Shown here piece after piece: positions 46,508-57,650 of a DNA stretch of 64,000 nt (position 1 is its first letter; each line of letters begins with the position of its first letter). Source of the DNA: an uncultured Candidatus Rokubacteria bacterium (GTDB lineage Bacteria; Methylomirabilota; Methylomirabilia; Rokubacteriales; DASRDR01); NCBI GenBank assembly GCA_963805625.1, contig CAWDVE010000013.1, positions 576,001 through 640,000 on the forward strand. Direction: 5' to 3'. The position numbers and the translations under genes were made by a program. A model generated the notes under the pieces. The model ran no database searches. It was not told the origin of the DNA and saw only the letters and a list, made by a program, of their open reading frames with translations.

Positions 46508-47718
46508 TGGAGGTGCTGCCCCTCGACAGGATCCGGACCGCGGTCGACCGATTCGTTGCCTGGCTCGATCGGTACGGCGAGACGTCCCACGACTGGCAGG
46601 ACTTCTTCGCCGGGCCCGTCGGCCGACGCGCCAAGGCGCTCTACTACCGGCAACCCGCTCTCGGGACGGTCGCGGTCGCCCCGATGATCCTCTGTGAAGC
46701 GTTCGTTCCGGCGGCTCGCCGCCTCTTCTGGAAACGGCAGCGCTTCCCGATCGCAGACGCGCATTACGCGATCGGCTTCCTGTATCTCCTCCAGACGTCG
46801 GGGGACGAAGCGCACTACCGTCGCGCCGTGCACTTCCTCGAGGTCCTCGAATCCACCCGCTGTCCCGGATACGCGCGGCACGCGTGGGGTTACCCGTTCG
46901 ATTGGGTGACGCGCACGGGCACGATCCCGGCGGGTACCCCGCTCGTCACGACTGTCGGCTACCCCTATGAGGCGTTCCGGCAGGTGTACCGTATCGACAA
47001 GGACGACCGCTGGCGGCACGTCATGCGCTCGATCGCGCAGCACGCGCTGTTGGACTACCGGGACCGGGAGACGTCGCCCGGCGCCGCGACGTGCGCCTAC
47101 ACACCACGTCCAGACGATCGGGGCGGCATCGTCAACGCGAGCGCGTATCGGGCGGCTCTCCTCACCAAGGCCGCCCACGACTTCTCCGAGCCGGAGTACA
47201 GCCGAGCTGCCGAGCAGAACCTCCGCTTCATCCTCGAGGCCCAGAACCGTGACGGCTCCTGGTACTACGCCGTGGATGGCACGCGAGACTTCGTCGATCA
47301 CTTCCACACGTGCTTCGTCCTCAAGGCCTTGGCGGCAATCGAGACCGTCACCGGAGATCCTCGGTGCACCGAGGCGATCGAGCGCGGCGTCGGGTACTAT
47401 GTCCAGAACCTCTTCGACTCGGACGGCCTGCCGAGGCCGTTCTCCAGGGCGCCCCGACTGACCGTGTACCGCCGGGAGCTGTACGACTACGCCGAGTGCG
47501 TCAACCTCGCGACGCTGCTCCGAGGTCGCTTCCAGGAGCTGGACGGTAGGCTGCTGACCGTTGTCAATGACCTGCTCGACCGCTGGCAGACGTCCTGGGG
47601 GGCGTTCCGATCTCGTCAGCTCCTCGTCGGCTGGGACAACGTTCCGATGCACCGCTGGGCGCAAGCCCAGCTCTTCGGAAGCCTCTGCTTCGTGCTCCAT
47701 CGCGGCACGGAGGCCTGA
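46504..47718 (+). CDS. Conserved hypothetical alpha/alpha-barrel-like protein of EPS loci
   Basis: Helical repeats with 'WGYPFDW', 'QNRDGSWYY', 'DHFHTCFVL', 'MHRWAQA'; translationally coupled to the upstream gene. Confidence 0.6.
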   Translation: MMEVLPLDRIRTAVDRFVAWLDRYGETSHDWQDFFAGPVGRRAKALYYRQPALGTVAVAPMILCEAFVPAARRLFWKRQRFPIADAHYAIGFLYLLQTSGDEAHYRRAVHFLEVLESTRCPGYARHAWGYPFDWVTRTGTIPAGTPLVTTVGYPYEAFRQVYRIDKDDRWRHVMRSIAQHALLDYRDRETSPGAATCAYTPRPDDRGGIVNASAYRAALLTKAAHDFSEPEYSRAAEQNLRFILEAQNRDGSWYYAVDGTRDFVDHFHTCFVLKALAAIETVTGDPRCTEAIERGVGYYVQNLFDSDGLPRPFSRAPRLTVYRRELYDYAECVNLATLLRGRFQELDGRLLTVVNDLLDRWQTSWGAFRSRQLLVGWDNVPMHRWAQAQLFGSLCFVLHRGTEA

Positions 47719-47721
47719 GCC

Positions 47722-49609
47722 ATGTGCGGGATCTGCGGACAGTTCAACTTCGGGGATCGGGCGCCCGTGGTGCGCCAGGACATCAAGGCAATGGCCGACA
47801 CCATCGTTCATCGAGGCCCCGACGACGAGGGCTACCTGGTCTCCGGGCCCATCGGCCTGGGCTTCCGCCGACTGTCGATCATCGATCTCGCCGGTGGGCA
47901 CCAGCCGATGGCTGACGCCGAGGAGACCGTCTGGGTCATCTTCAACGGTGAGATCTACAACTTCCGCGAGCTACGCCGGGAGCTCGAGAGCCGGGGCCAC
48001 CGCTTCCGGACGAGCTCGCGACACCGAAGCGATCGTCCACGGCTACAAGGCAGTGGGGCACCGGCGTCTTCGACCAGCTCAACGGCATGTTCGGCGTCGC
48101 GATCTGGGACGTGCGGAGGCAGCGCCTGGTCCTGGCCCGGGATGCCATGGGGATCAAGCTCGTCTACTACGCCGTACGGAACGGCATCGGTCTGGTTCGG
48201 CTCCGAAATGCGGCCGGTGCTCGCCGCGCTCGGTCTGCGCCCGGAGGTGGATCCCGTCGCCCTGAATCTCTTCCTCCGCTATCGCTACACGCCGTCGCCA
48301 CTGACGATCTTCCAGGGGATCGAGAAGCTGGCGCCCGGGACGATGCTGGTGGTCGAGAATGGCCAGGCGAGGCGGGAGCGCTGGTACCGCTACACGCCGG
48401 TCCCGTTCCCGACGCCCAAGGGCGAGGACGAGGCGTGCGAGGAGCTGGTCGGGCTCTACCGCGACGCCATGCGGCGGCACCTCATCAGCGACGTGCCGGT
48501 GGGTCTGCTCCTGAGCGGCGGCATCGACTCGGGCCTGCTCCTCGCGCTGATGAACGAGCAGGGCGGCCCGTGGCCGGCCTACACCGTCGGCTACGGGGAG
48601 AGCTTCGAGGACGACGAGCTGGCCGATGCGGCGGAGACAGCGCTGGTCCTCGGCGCCCGTCACGTCCAGGTCAAACTGGACCGTGAAGAGTTCGAGCGGT
48701 CGCTGCCCCGGATCGTCGAATGCCTCGAGGAGCCCATCGCGACGTCCTCGATCGTCCCGATGTACTTCGTCAGCCAGCGGGCCCGCCAGGACGTCAAGGT
48801 GGCCCTCATCGGCCAGGGGCCTGACGAGCTGTTCGGCGGCTACAAGCGGCATCTCGGTGTGCGGTACGGCGACTACTGGCGCCTGTTACCGCGTCCCGTA
48901 CGCTCCGTGCGTCGGCTCCGCGATCACGCACTTGCCCCGGAACGAGATGCTGAAGCGGGGCGTGCTCTCGCTCGGGTTCTCCGATCGGCTCGAGCGCTAC
49001 CAGCACGTGTTCTCCCTGGGGCCGGCCGAGACCGTCGATGGGCTCTTCCGGGACGGACTCCTGCCGCCGAACCCGGGGGACCGGATCCTCGATTGCTGGA
49101 GCGATCTGCTCCCGCAGATGGAGCACACGGACGAGCTCGGCGGCCTCCAGCTCCTTGAGCTGCGATCCTCGCTGCCCGACGAGCTCCTGATGTACGCCGA
49201 CAAGCTCTCGATGGCGCACAGCCTGGAGGTCCGCGTCCCGTACCTCGACCGGGTCGTCGTGGAGTACGTGCAGCGCCTGGGCGCGGGACTCAAGGTGCGC
49301 AATGGCAGCCGCAAGTGGCTCCATCGGCGGGTCTGTCGCGCCTTCCTGCCGACGCGCATTCTCAAGCGCAAGAAGCGCGGCTTCGCCGCGAACGTCGTCG
49401 ACGGCTGGTTCCGGTCGTCAGTCTCCGGAAGGCTGGAGGAGCTCTTGCTGGATCCCGCGTCCGCGATGTACAGCCTGCTACAGCCGGAGGCTGTACGGCA
49501 GCTCTTCGAGACGCATCGCTCGAGGAGCCAAGATAACCACAAGCTGCTCTTCAGCCTCGCGCTCTTCGAGCAGTGGTTGCGGTCGGCGAACCGAAGTGTC
49601 TCAGTATGA
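47722..49609 (+). CDS. asnB: Asparagine synthase (glutamine-hydrolysing)-like amidotransferase with about four +1 frameshifts
   Basis: 'MCGICG', 'HRGPD', 'RRLSIIDL', 'FNGEIYNF', 'LLSGGIDS', 'DKLSMAHSLEVRVPYLD', 'RKKRGF'; shifts near 48018, 48050, 48190 and 48909. Confidence 0.9.
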
Positions 49610-50533
49610 ACACGGTCTTTACCAAAGACGCGCTCGTCAACGGCCGCCAAACGCGGATCCGCTGTCTCGAGATTGATGGCCAGACGTACTCGTTGTCGGG
49701 GAAACTGATCAAGGTCGTCCGCCTCGAAGACGAATGGTATCAGGACGTGCATGATCCTGAGTCCGTCATCTCGACTCTCAGGACGGCCCGCGTGGATGCC
49801 GACCTCTTCACATTCTGGCAGCGACTGCCTGACACTGAACCGCGATTCCAGTTTCACCAGGAGTGGGAGAGCATTGCGGCTCTACCCGTGGGGGACTTCG
49901 ACAGCTGGTGGAACGGACAGATCACGTCACGCACTAGAAACCTGATACGCAAGGCGGCGAAGGCCGGCCTCGAGGTTCGCGAGGCCTGCTACGACGACGA
50001 TTTCGTCCGTGGGATGACCGAGATCTTCAACGAGACACCGATTCGACAAGGCCGACGCTTCTGGCACTACGGCAAGGATTTCGCCACGGTGAAACGACAG
50101 TTTTCTCGCTACCTGTTCCGAGAGACTCTAATCGGAGCGTATTACCTCGGTGAGTTGATCGGTTTCGTCATGCTGGGAGATGCAGGGCGGTACGGCGTCA
50201 CCGGCCAGATCATCTCCAAGATCCAGCATCGAGACAAGGCGACGAACAATGCTCTCATTGCCAAGGCCGTAGAGATCTGCTCACAAAAGGGCCTCCCGTA
50301 CCTGGTCTACTTCAATTGGGGCAGCGGCTCGTTGATGGAATTTAAGCGGAGGTGTGGATTCAAGGAGACCAGGATCCCGCGCTACTACGTGGCACTGACG
50401 GAGACAGGTCGAGTCGCCATGCATCTTGAGTTGCACCGCGGATGGCAAAGCACTGCTTCCGCTGCCCGTGAGGAACCGGCTGAAGAGTCTCCGAGGCTGG
50501 TGGCTGAGCCCGAGTGGCGGTCGCGAAAAATAG
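49606..50533 (+). CDS. GNAT/FemAB-like protein of EPS loci (frameshift near 50447)
   Basis: ATGA overlap; 'RNLIRKAAKAGLEVR', 'NALIAKAVE', 'LMEFKRRCGF'. The natural C-terminus 'LLPLPVRNRLKSLRGWW..REK*' is in another frame, with TAG at 50533. Confidence 0.7.
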
Positions 50534-50535
50534 AG

Positions 50536-52371
50536 ATGCCTGGCATCGCGGGCCTGATCAGTCTGAAGCCGGGCAATCAATGCCAGCGTCTCGTGGAGCA
50601 CATGGTCGCTACCATGCGGCACGAAAGCTTCTACACGTCGGGGAGCTACGAGGCTCCCGACCTCGGAGTGTTTGCCGGCTGGGTGGCGCTCAAGGGATCA
50701 TTCACCGACTGTCAGCCAATTGTCAGCGAACGTGGCGACATCGCGCTGCTGTTCGCAGGTGAGTGCGTTTCTGACTCGGTTGGCCGTGCGAGCGTCCAAG
50801 AGCGAAGTAATCGGGTCGCAGGCGATGATGCCTCATGGCTGGTTCGCCTCTACGAAGAGCGCGAGGAGTCTTTCTTCGAACAGCTCAACGGACTTTTCAG
50901 CGGCCTCTTGATCGATCGCCGACAGGGAAAGGCGATCCTCTTCAATGATCGCTTTGGGATGGAGCGAGTGTACTACCACGAGGGACGAGATGCTTTCTTC
51001 TTTGCCAGTGAGGCCAAGGCTCTCCTTCGTGTGCTTCCCGAGTTGCGCGCGTTTGACCAGGACGGCATGTATCAGTTTCTGCGCTACGCCTGCACGCTGG
51101 GCGAGAAGACCCTCTTCCGAGATGTGAAGTTGCTCCCCGCGGCTTCCATTTGGGCGTTCCGAGGCGGGGCGCTGGAGCGGCGTCAGTATTTTGCTCCGAG
51201 GACGTGGGAATCCTTGTCGCCCTTGTCTACAGGTTCGTTCGATACCGCGTTCGAGGAGACGTTTACTCGGATCCTTCCCCGTTATATCGACCCGATGAGC
51301 GAGATAGGCATCTCCCTCACTGGCGGTCTCGATACCCGCATGATCATGGCCCGGTGCCCGCCGGGGGAATCGGGGCTCACGTCCTACACCTTCGCGGGCG
51401 TCGATGGTGAAACACTCGACGCTCGGATCGCGGCGCGGGTAGCGTCGGAATGCGGCGTTCCTCATCACATCCTCCGGCTCGGGCAGGACTTCTTCGACGA
51501 GTTCGCGGCGCTCGCCGATAGAACGGTGTATGTCACCGACGGTTGCTTCGGCGTGTGTGGCGCGCACGAGATGTACTTGAATAGCCTCGCGCGGCGCTTG
51601 GCGCCCATTCGACTGACCGGGAACTTCGGCGGTGAGATCCTGCGCGGCGTGACGACCTTCAAGCCGATCGGCCTGTCGGCCGATCTCGTCAGTCGCGAGC
51701 TTCGCGTCCAGATCTCCGAGGATCAGGTCTGCCTCAACAACGACGAGACCCATCCGGTCACGTTTGCCGCCTTCAAAGAGATTCCCTGGCATCTCATCGG
51801 CGTCACACGGGCTGCGCAGTCCCAGATCATCACCCGTACGCCGTACCTGGACAACGATCTCGTGGCTTTGGCCTTCCGTGCTCCTCGATGGACGAAGGGG
51901 TCGTCTTCGCCGGCGCTGCGGCTCATTAGGAATGCCCACGCTGCGCTCGGTCGGATCCCGACCGATCAAGGCCTCGTGCCGGCGTCGCGGCTGTCGTCTC
52001 TGCTCAAACCGATGTGGTATCGCGCATGCTTCAAACTCGACTACCTGCGTAGCGACGGAATGCCTCATTGGCTATCGTCGCTGGACGCGCGGCTGGAGCG
52101 GGTGGGTCTTCACGTGTGGGAGCCTCATCCTCATCGCTATCTCCACTACGGCAGATGGTTCAGGGGCGGGCTCGCCGGATACGTGCGCGAGCATCTGTCG
52201 GCCATCAAGGCGTCCCACAGCCGTCTGTGGAACCCATCCTTTCTTGAGCGGCTTGCGGGGAACCACATCGAGGGAAGTAAGAATTTCGTTCAAGAAATCA
52301 ATGCCGTTCTGACCCTTCACGCAGTCGAACGACTTCTTTTCAATCAACCTCTCGCGAGAGACTCCCAGTGA
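50536..52371 (+). CDS. AsnB-like amidoligase lacking the N-terminal catalytic Cys
   Basis: Starts 'MPGIAGLI'; 'LNGLFS', 'NDRFG..RVYY', 'FASEAKALL', 'SLTGGLDTR', 'RTPYLDNDL'. Confidence 0.85.
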   Translation: MPGIAGLISLKPGNQCQRLVEHMVATMRHESFYTSGSYEAPDLGVFAGWVALKGSFTDCQPIVSERGDIALLFAGECVSDSVGRASVQERSNRVAGDDASWLVRLYEEREESFFEQLNGLFSGLLIDRRQGKAILFNDRFGMERVYYHEGRDAFFFASEAKALLRVLPELRAFDQDGMYQFLRYACTLGEKTLFRDVKLLPAASIWAFRGGALERRQYFAPRTWESLSPLSTGSFDTAFEETFTRILPRYIDPMSEIGISLTGGLDTRMIMARCPPGESGLTSYTFAGVDGETLDARIAARVASECGVPHHILRLGQDFFDEFAALADRTVYVTDGCFGVCGAHEMYLNSLARRLAPIRLTGNFGGEILRGVTTFKPIGLSADLVSRELRVQISEDQVCLNNDETHPVTFAAFKEIPWHLIGVTRAAQSQIITRTPYLDNDLVALAFRAPRWTKGSSSPALRLIRNAHAALGRIPTDQGLVPASRLSSLLKPMWYRACFKLDYLRSDGMPHWLSSLDARLERVGLHVWEPHPHRYLHYGRWFRGGLAGYVREHLSAIKASHSRLWNPSFLERLAGNHIEGSKNFVQEINAVLTLHAVERLLFNQPLARDSQ

Positions 52372-53196
52372 GAGCCGTCAAGACGCACGTCCAAGGCCTC
52401 CTCGGGAAACTCGGCCTGTATGATCGACTCAAGGCGTCTTACCTCTACGATCTCTACTGGCTGATGGCCGACAGGTCGATCATTGACGCGAGGCGTTCGG
52501 AACTCGCTTTCTACCAGAGGACTACTGCGAGGCATTCGGCCTGGCGATCTGATCTTTGATATCGGCGCCAACGAGGGCTACAAGACGGATGTATTCCTCA
52601 GAATTGGCGCCCGCGTGGTTGCAGTGGAACCGGACCAGCACTGCCAGGAGGTGTTGAAGAGGCGATTCCTGGAGCACCGTGTCCGTGCACGCTCCGTTGC
52701 AATTGTGGGCGCTGCCGTAAGCGATCACGATGGTGTCGACACGATATGGACCGACGCGCCCGGGTCAGCCAAAAACACACTGAGCAAGAAGTGGGTTGAG
52801 CTGCTGAGGAAGGACGAGGGCCGTTTTGGCACGCGCCTTGCCTTTGGCAGCCGGCAAAATGTTGAAACGCTGCGCCTCGAGACGCTCATCACTAGGTACG
52901 GCGAACCGTTCTTCATCAAGATCGATGTTGAAGGTTACGAGCCTCAGGTTCTCCGCGGTTTGGGCCGCCCGATTTCATATGTGTCGTTCGAGGTCAATCT
53001 GCCTGAGTTCAGACCTGAGGGTCAGCAGTGCATAGAACTGCTCGCAGCGCAAAGCGCCGACGGCAGGTTCAACTACGCGGTCGATTGTCATCGCGGCCTC
53101 GTGCTTCAGAAGTGGGCCGACAAACGGGAGTTCCTGTCGGTATTCGGCGAATGCAATGAAAGCTCGATCGAGGTCTTCTGGACTATGAAGGGCTAG
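52368..53196 (+). CDS. FkbM family methyltransferase (frameshift near 52515)
   Basis: 'LIFDIGANEG', 'VVAVEP', 'FIKIDVEGYE..VLRGL'. Confidence 0.85.
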
Positions 53197-53201
53197 GTCT
53201 C

Positions 53202-54594
53202 ATGCCTCCCCTCTTCGCGCTCCTCCTCACCATTGCGTTCGTGACGTTTCTGTTTGCGCGAGATGTCAAGGAGGCTCGCGTGACGGGATCCCTGTGGATC
53301 CCTGTCTGCTGGATGCTGCTCACTTGTTCTCGGCCACTCTCGGCGTGGCTGGGTTTTGGAGGTGCGTCGTACGCCCGTCCCTCGGATCTGGCTGAGGGAG
53401 GCCCTTTGGATCGGCTGGCATATCTCTCGCTGGAGCTAGCGGCCTTGTTCGTTCTTGTCCGACGACGGGTACCCCTTGGGACCGTGCTGTCTCGCAACCT
53501 ATGGTTGACCATCTTTCTGGCTTACTGCGGCCTTTCCATTGTGTGGTCGGACTTCCCCTTCGCCTCGTTCAAGCGATGGGTGAAGGTCTTGGGTCTGCCG
53601 ATGATGGTGCTCCTCATCGCGACGGAGCCTGACCCTCGAGAGGCCTTCGCGCGAGTCATGAAGCGAGCAGCATATGTTCTGATTCCGTTCTCGATCCTGC
53701 TGGTGAAGTACTATCCCGGGCTCGGTCGAGGCTATTCGCCATGGGGGGGGGAGGCTTTCAACACTGGCGTCACGACCAACAAAAACGAGCTGGGCTACGT
53801 CTGTCTGATACTGGCCTTCTTCTTCTCCTGGCATCTCCTGACGACCTTACGGGACGAGCGGACGCGGAGACGGCATCGGGAGATCGTTCTCGCGGGCGTT
53901 TTCCTGGTCATGACTGGATGGCTTCTCTTCGCGGCCAAGTAGCGCGACGTCTGTGATGTCCCTGGTGGTCGGGCTATCGGTTGTGCTGTTTCTCGGGCGC
54001 CGTTGGGTGAACGTCAGACACGCCGGCAGTTATCTCTTGGTGGGACTACTGATCTTATTAGTCTTTACCTTCGTCGTCCCCATGACCGATATTCTGATCA
54101 GCGCGCTCGGTCGCGACAGCACCCTGACCGGGCGTACCGAGGTGTGGGAAGCTCTGCTCGCCGTTCCCGTGAACCCAATCGTAGGTGTTGGCTTCGAGAG
54201 TTTTTGGCTCGGCGAGCCAGCCGAACGGCTCTGGGCCACGTATTGGTGGCGTCCGAATGAGGCCCACAACGGATATCTCGAGACCTATCTCAATCTCGGC
54301 TGGGTCGGCGTCATTTTACTGGCCGGCTGGATACTCTCAGCCTTCCGGAGCGCAAGCCGCACCCTGTCCTATGACTTCGACTTCGGCCGGTTCCGAACTG
54401 GGGTTCTCGCGATCGCGCTCGTGTATAATTGGACGGAAGCGGCCTTCAGAGGCACTCACCCGCTCTGGCTCTTGTTTTTTGTGGCCGCGATGGATTGCCG
54501 GGGCGTCAAGGCTCGGTACGGCGAACAAGTTCCGAGGGCGAGTTCACAAATACCGATCGCGCCTGGACGCGTGCCCCACTCCGTGCCAGAATGA
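53202..54594 (+). CDS. O-antigen polymerase/ligase (Wzy_C) family protein (frameshift near 53938)
   Basis: Multi-TM; 'GVTTNKNELG', 'GRDSTLTGRTEVW', 'P.VGVGFESFW', 'NEAHNGYLETYLNLG'. Confidence 0.85.
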
Positions 54595-54719
54595 CACAGG
54601 TGGACTGACAAGAAACGCCTGTGCTGCACGACATCGTATATGAAGTGCGATCAGGCCGCGACGTACAAGTGCTCGATTCTGCAGTCGGTACGAGTTGCGG
54701 CCCGTAGACTATCAGGATC

Positions 54720-54735
54720 TGGCATCATCTGTGCT
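54720..54735 (+). promoter_or_regulatory. Possible sigma54 promoter
   Basis: TGGCATCATCTGTGCT (GG-N10-GC), about 105 nt upstream of the ATG at 54842. Confidence 0.5.
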
Positions 54736-54841
54736 TTCGTGAAGCGACAGGCGAATCACTGCCGCGTCGCCATCGAAATCTGACGATCCCGGATAGGAGC
54801 TGCGAGAGCTGCCTCGCATCGCGAGTGCAGGGAGGTCTAGA

Positions 54842-56219
54842 ATGCCGCATCGAACGACGGAAAAGGTGAGCCTCTCAAGAGGCTTTGGGATCCTTGTCTG
54901 CGCTGCCATAGCGGTACTATCGCAGTCGAGCACAGTGTTCGCCAAGAACATCACGGCCGCCAGCTGTGGTCAGTCCGCCGTGCAGACTGCCATCAACTCG
55001 GCGCTCGATGGTGACACGATCGTCATTCCGGCAGGTTCCTGCACGTGGACTAAGACGGTCGTGGTCGGGAACGTAGATACCCACGCTGGCGTGATTCTCA
55101 CCCTGCAGGGCGCGGGCATTGACCAGACCATCATCACCCACAAGGTCGATCCCAATGCTGCAACCACGTACCCGTTCCTCTCCAATGCCTTATCCTTCAA
55201 TTCAAAGGACGGCGGCATCTCCCGTATTACAGGTATTACGTGGCGCGGCGGCGGCGTGAGCGACCCCTACAACAAGGGGATGATCAATGTCTTGGGCCCG
55301 TCCAGCCAGTTCCGCGTGGATCACTGCAAGTTCGTTCCGAATGGGACCTACGCTCTCGGCTTCGACGGCTATGTCCGCGGCGTAGTCGACCATAACATAT
55401 TCGATGTGTCTGCTGCGCGTGGCTACGGAATTTATAGTCCATCATAGTGGTTGGGGCGGGAAAGGGGGCTACGGCGACGCATCCTGGGCAAGTGCCGATT
55501 CATTCGGAACCGCTGAAGCGATGTTCGTCGAGGACAACACGTTTACGAACAATCAATCCGTCGCTGGCTGGTATTTCGCCAACGACGGCTGGAGCGGCGA
55601 CCGGGTCGTCTATCGCTACAACGCCTATACGAACACGGTCTGGACCAACCACGGTAGCGAAACAGGAGGACGTTGGCGAAGTGAGCGGCAATACGAGGTA
55701 TATAACAACAGGTTTTCGCTGACTAATGGCGCTGGTGTATCTACACTCGTGGGAAGTCGGGGTGGCACGGGTGTGGTGTACAACAACACCGCCTCGCTCA
55801 CGAATGGCGCATACATCAACCACTTTAGCGACTTGTCAGACTATCGCGCCACCGACTGGACGCGGGCCTATTCGCCGTGGGGCTGGTGCAACGGGGCGAA
55901 CGTCTGGGATGGCAATTCAGACAAATCTGGGTACCCGTGCCTGGACCAACCAGGCCGGGGCCGCGGGAACCTGCTGTCGGGTATCGACCCGACCCCGCAA
56001 GCGTGGCCGCAACAGGTGAGCTCACCGGTATACGCGTGGAATAACACCGTTAACGGCGCGCTAGCGAAGCTCGTCTCGAATGCGCCGGCGGTGGTCGCCG
56101 AGAATCGCGACTTCTTTAACAGCGCCAAGCCCGGCTACACGGCCTACCAGTACCCACATCCCCTTGTCACGTCGTCAGCGACGCTTCCAGCACCGACGGA
56201 CCTCCAAGTCACGCCGTGA
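54842..56219 (+). CDS. Secreted right-handed beta-helix (pectin-lyase-like) protein (frameshift near 55436)
   Basis: Signal peptide; 'VQTAINSALDGDTIVIPAG', 'RVDHCKF', 'FVEDNTF', 'YRYN', 'EVYNN'; C-terminal 'Y..YQYPHPL..APTDLQV'. Confidence 0.75.
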
Positions 56220-56349
56220 TGGGATCCCTCGGCCGGTGATGGGAGGTTGACGCCCAACGTGACACGAGGCCAGCGCGTAGCACTGTAGGCGGGCAGTCCC
56301 AGTGTCGCCACGTGTTCGGGAGTTAGGCCCACAGGCTAGCTGACTCCGC

Positions 56350-57650
56350 TCGATTCGCCCGCCTGGTAGGCGCAGTTACAGCGATAGCACTGTGTACACG
56401 CCTCCTCGTGCTCGTCGCTTTCTGGCCGACCTGGCTCTGGCAGTCCGGTCACATCCAGGACGACTGGAACAAGCTGGCGATCGATTGGATCGACTTCGGA
56501 ACGTTCGGTTTCACCCCCGGGGTACCCAGCATACAGCGCGGACCTATGTTTCCGGTCTTGCTGACCCCGCTTTACCTCCTATTCGGTGAGCACTATGCGG
56601 CGATGGAGTATCGCCTTGCTTCTCTTCGATACTGGCACGGTCCTCCTTCTCATGTTGCTCGGACGTAGACTGTGGGGACAGAGGGCCGCGCTCCTCGCGG
56701 GTTTCTTTCATGCGATCTACCTTGCCGATCGTTTATTACACAGCGAACATCGAGCAGTTCACCACCGTTCTTCCCGTTCGTATTTCTGTGGTTCTACCTT
56801 GTCTCGGTCGGGCGACCAAAAGGAGGTGGACACGCGCCACTACGTCATGTTGGGGCTGGTGGCCGGCATTCTCATGCTGAGCAAATCGGTCTACCTACCC
56901 GTGGTCATCGGTTCGGCCGCTGGTCTCCTGTGGTTTGATCGGAAGCGACATTTAAGAGTCGCTCTCGGACACGTGACGGTTCTACTCGTCGTGGCAGGTC
57001 TGCTGCTCGCACCCTGGAGCTATCGTAACTATCTCGTCAGTGAAGGCCGATTCATTCTGGTTCAGTCATATTTCTGGGAACCTTTCTGGCAGAAGTTCGT
57101 GATCTCGGACCTTGACGCGCGTGAAGGCATGCTGCGGCCAGCGGGAAGAACGCTCCAGTATCTACTCGCTCGACAGAAGGAGCTCATCGAAGGATTGGGA
57201 GATGGCAATGTCGAGCGACTCTCCGGGCCCGCCAAAGAGCTCTATCGCGAGAACGCCTTCAAGGGACAAGTCCTCGATTGGATCAGAAGGAATCCGGCTT
57301 CATACGTACGGAACGTGCGAAGCAATGTGTGGTACTTCTGGGTCGGCGCGGAGAATCTTCAGAAGACGCTGCTCATGGCTGGCATGCAGCTGCCTCTGCT
57401 TGGCGCTGCGACTATGGGTCTGTGGTTGCGTTCCGATACCGTCGGATTCGTACGTGTGCGATTCGGCGTGGCACTCGTAGTGATTCTGTGGGCCGAGCAC
57501 ACGATTATCTTTGCTTGGGGACGTTTCTCTCTCGACACCGTTCCGGTGCTGGCCGTTCGTCTTCGGAGTAGGTCTTGATGCCTGGTTCAGCCGCTGGGAG
57601 CAGCAGCGCGCGGCGGGAGGGGCCGCGGCGTCGAACTGTCGACTATCCAG
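56350..57650 (+). CDS. PMT_2/ArnT-like (GT-C) membrane glycosyltransferase with multiple frameshifts; ends approximate
   Basis: Fragments in several frames: 'RGPMFP', 'LGRRLWG.RAALLAG', 'GLVAGILMLSKS', 'LAPWSYRNY', 'WIRRNPASY', 'WGRF'. Confidence 0.65.

Noticed and set aside
49573-52371. Apparent 932-aa GNAT-AsnB fusion
   Set aside because: A +1 indel near 50447 explains it. The alternative frame gives a natural GNAT C-terminus with TAG at 50533, followed by the ATG at 50536 (MPGIAG), so these are two genes.
56220-56345. Possible tRNA or ncRNA in intergenic gaps (also 16740-16990 and 62380-62720)
   Set aside because: No cloverleaf, T-loop GTTCRA context or recognisable riboswitch consensus was found by eye.
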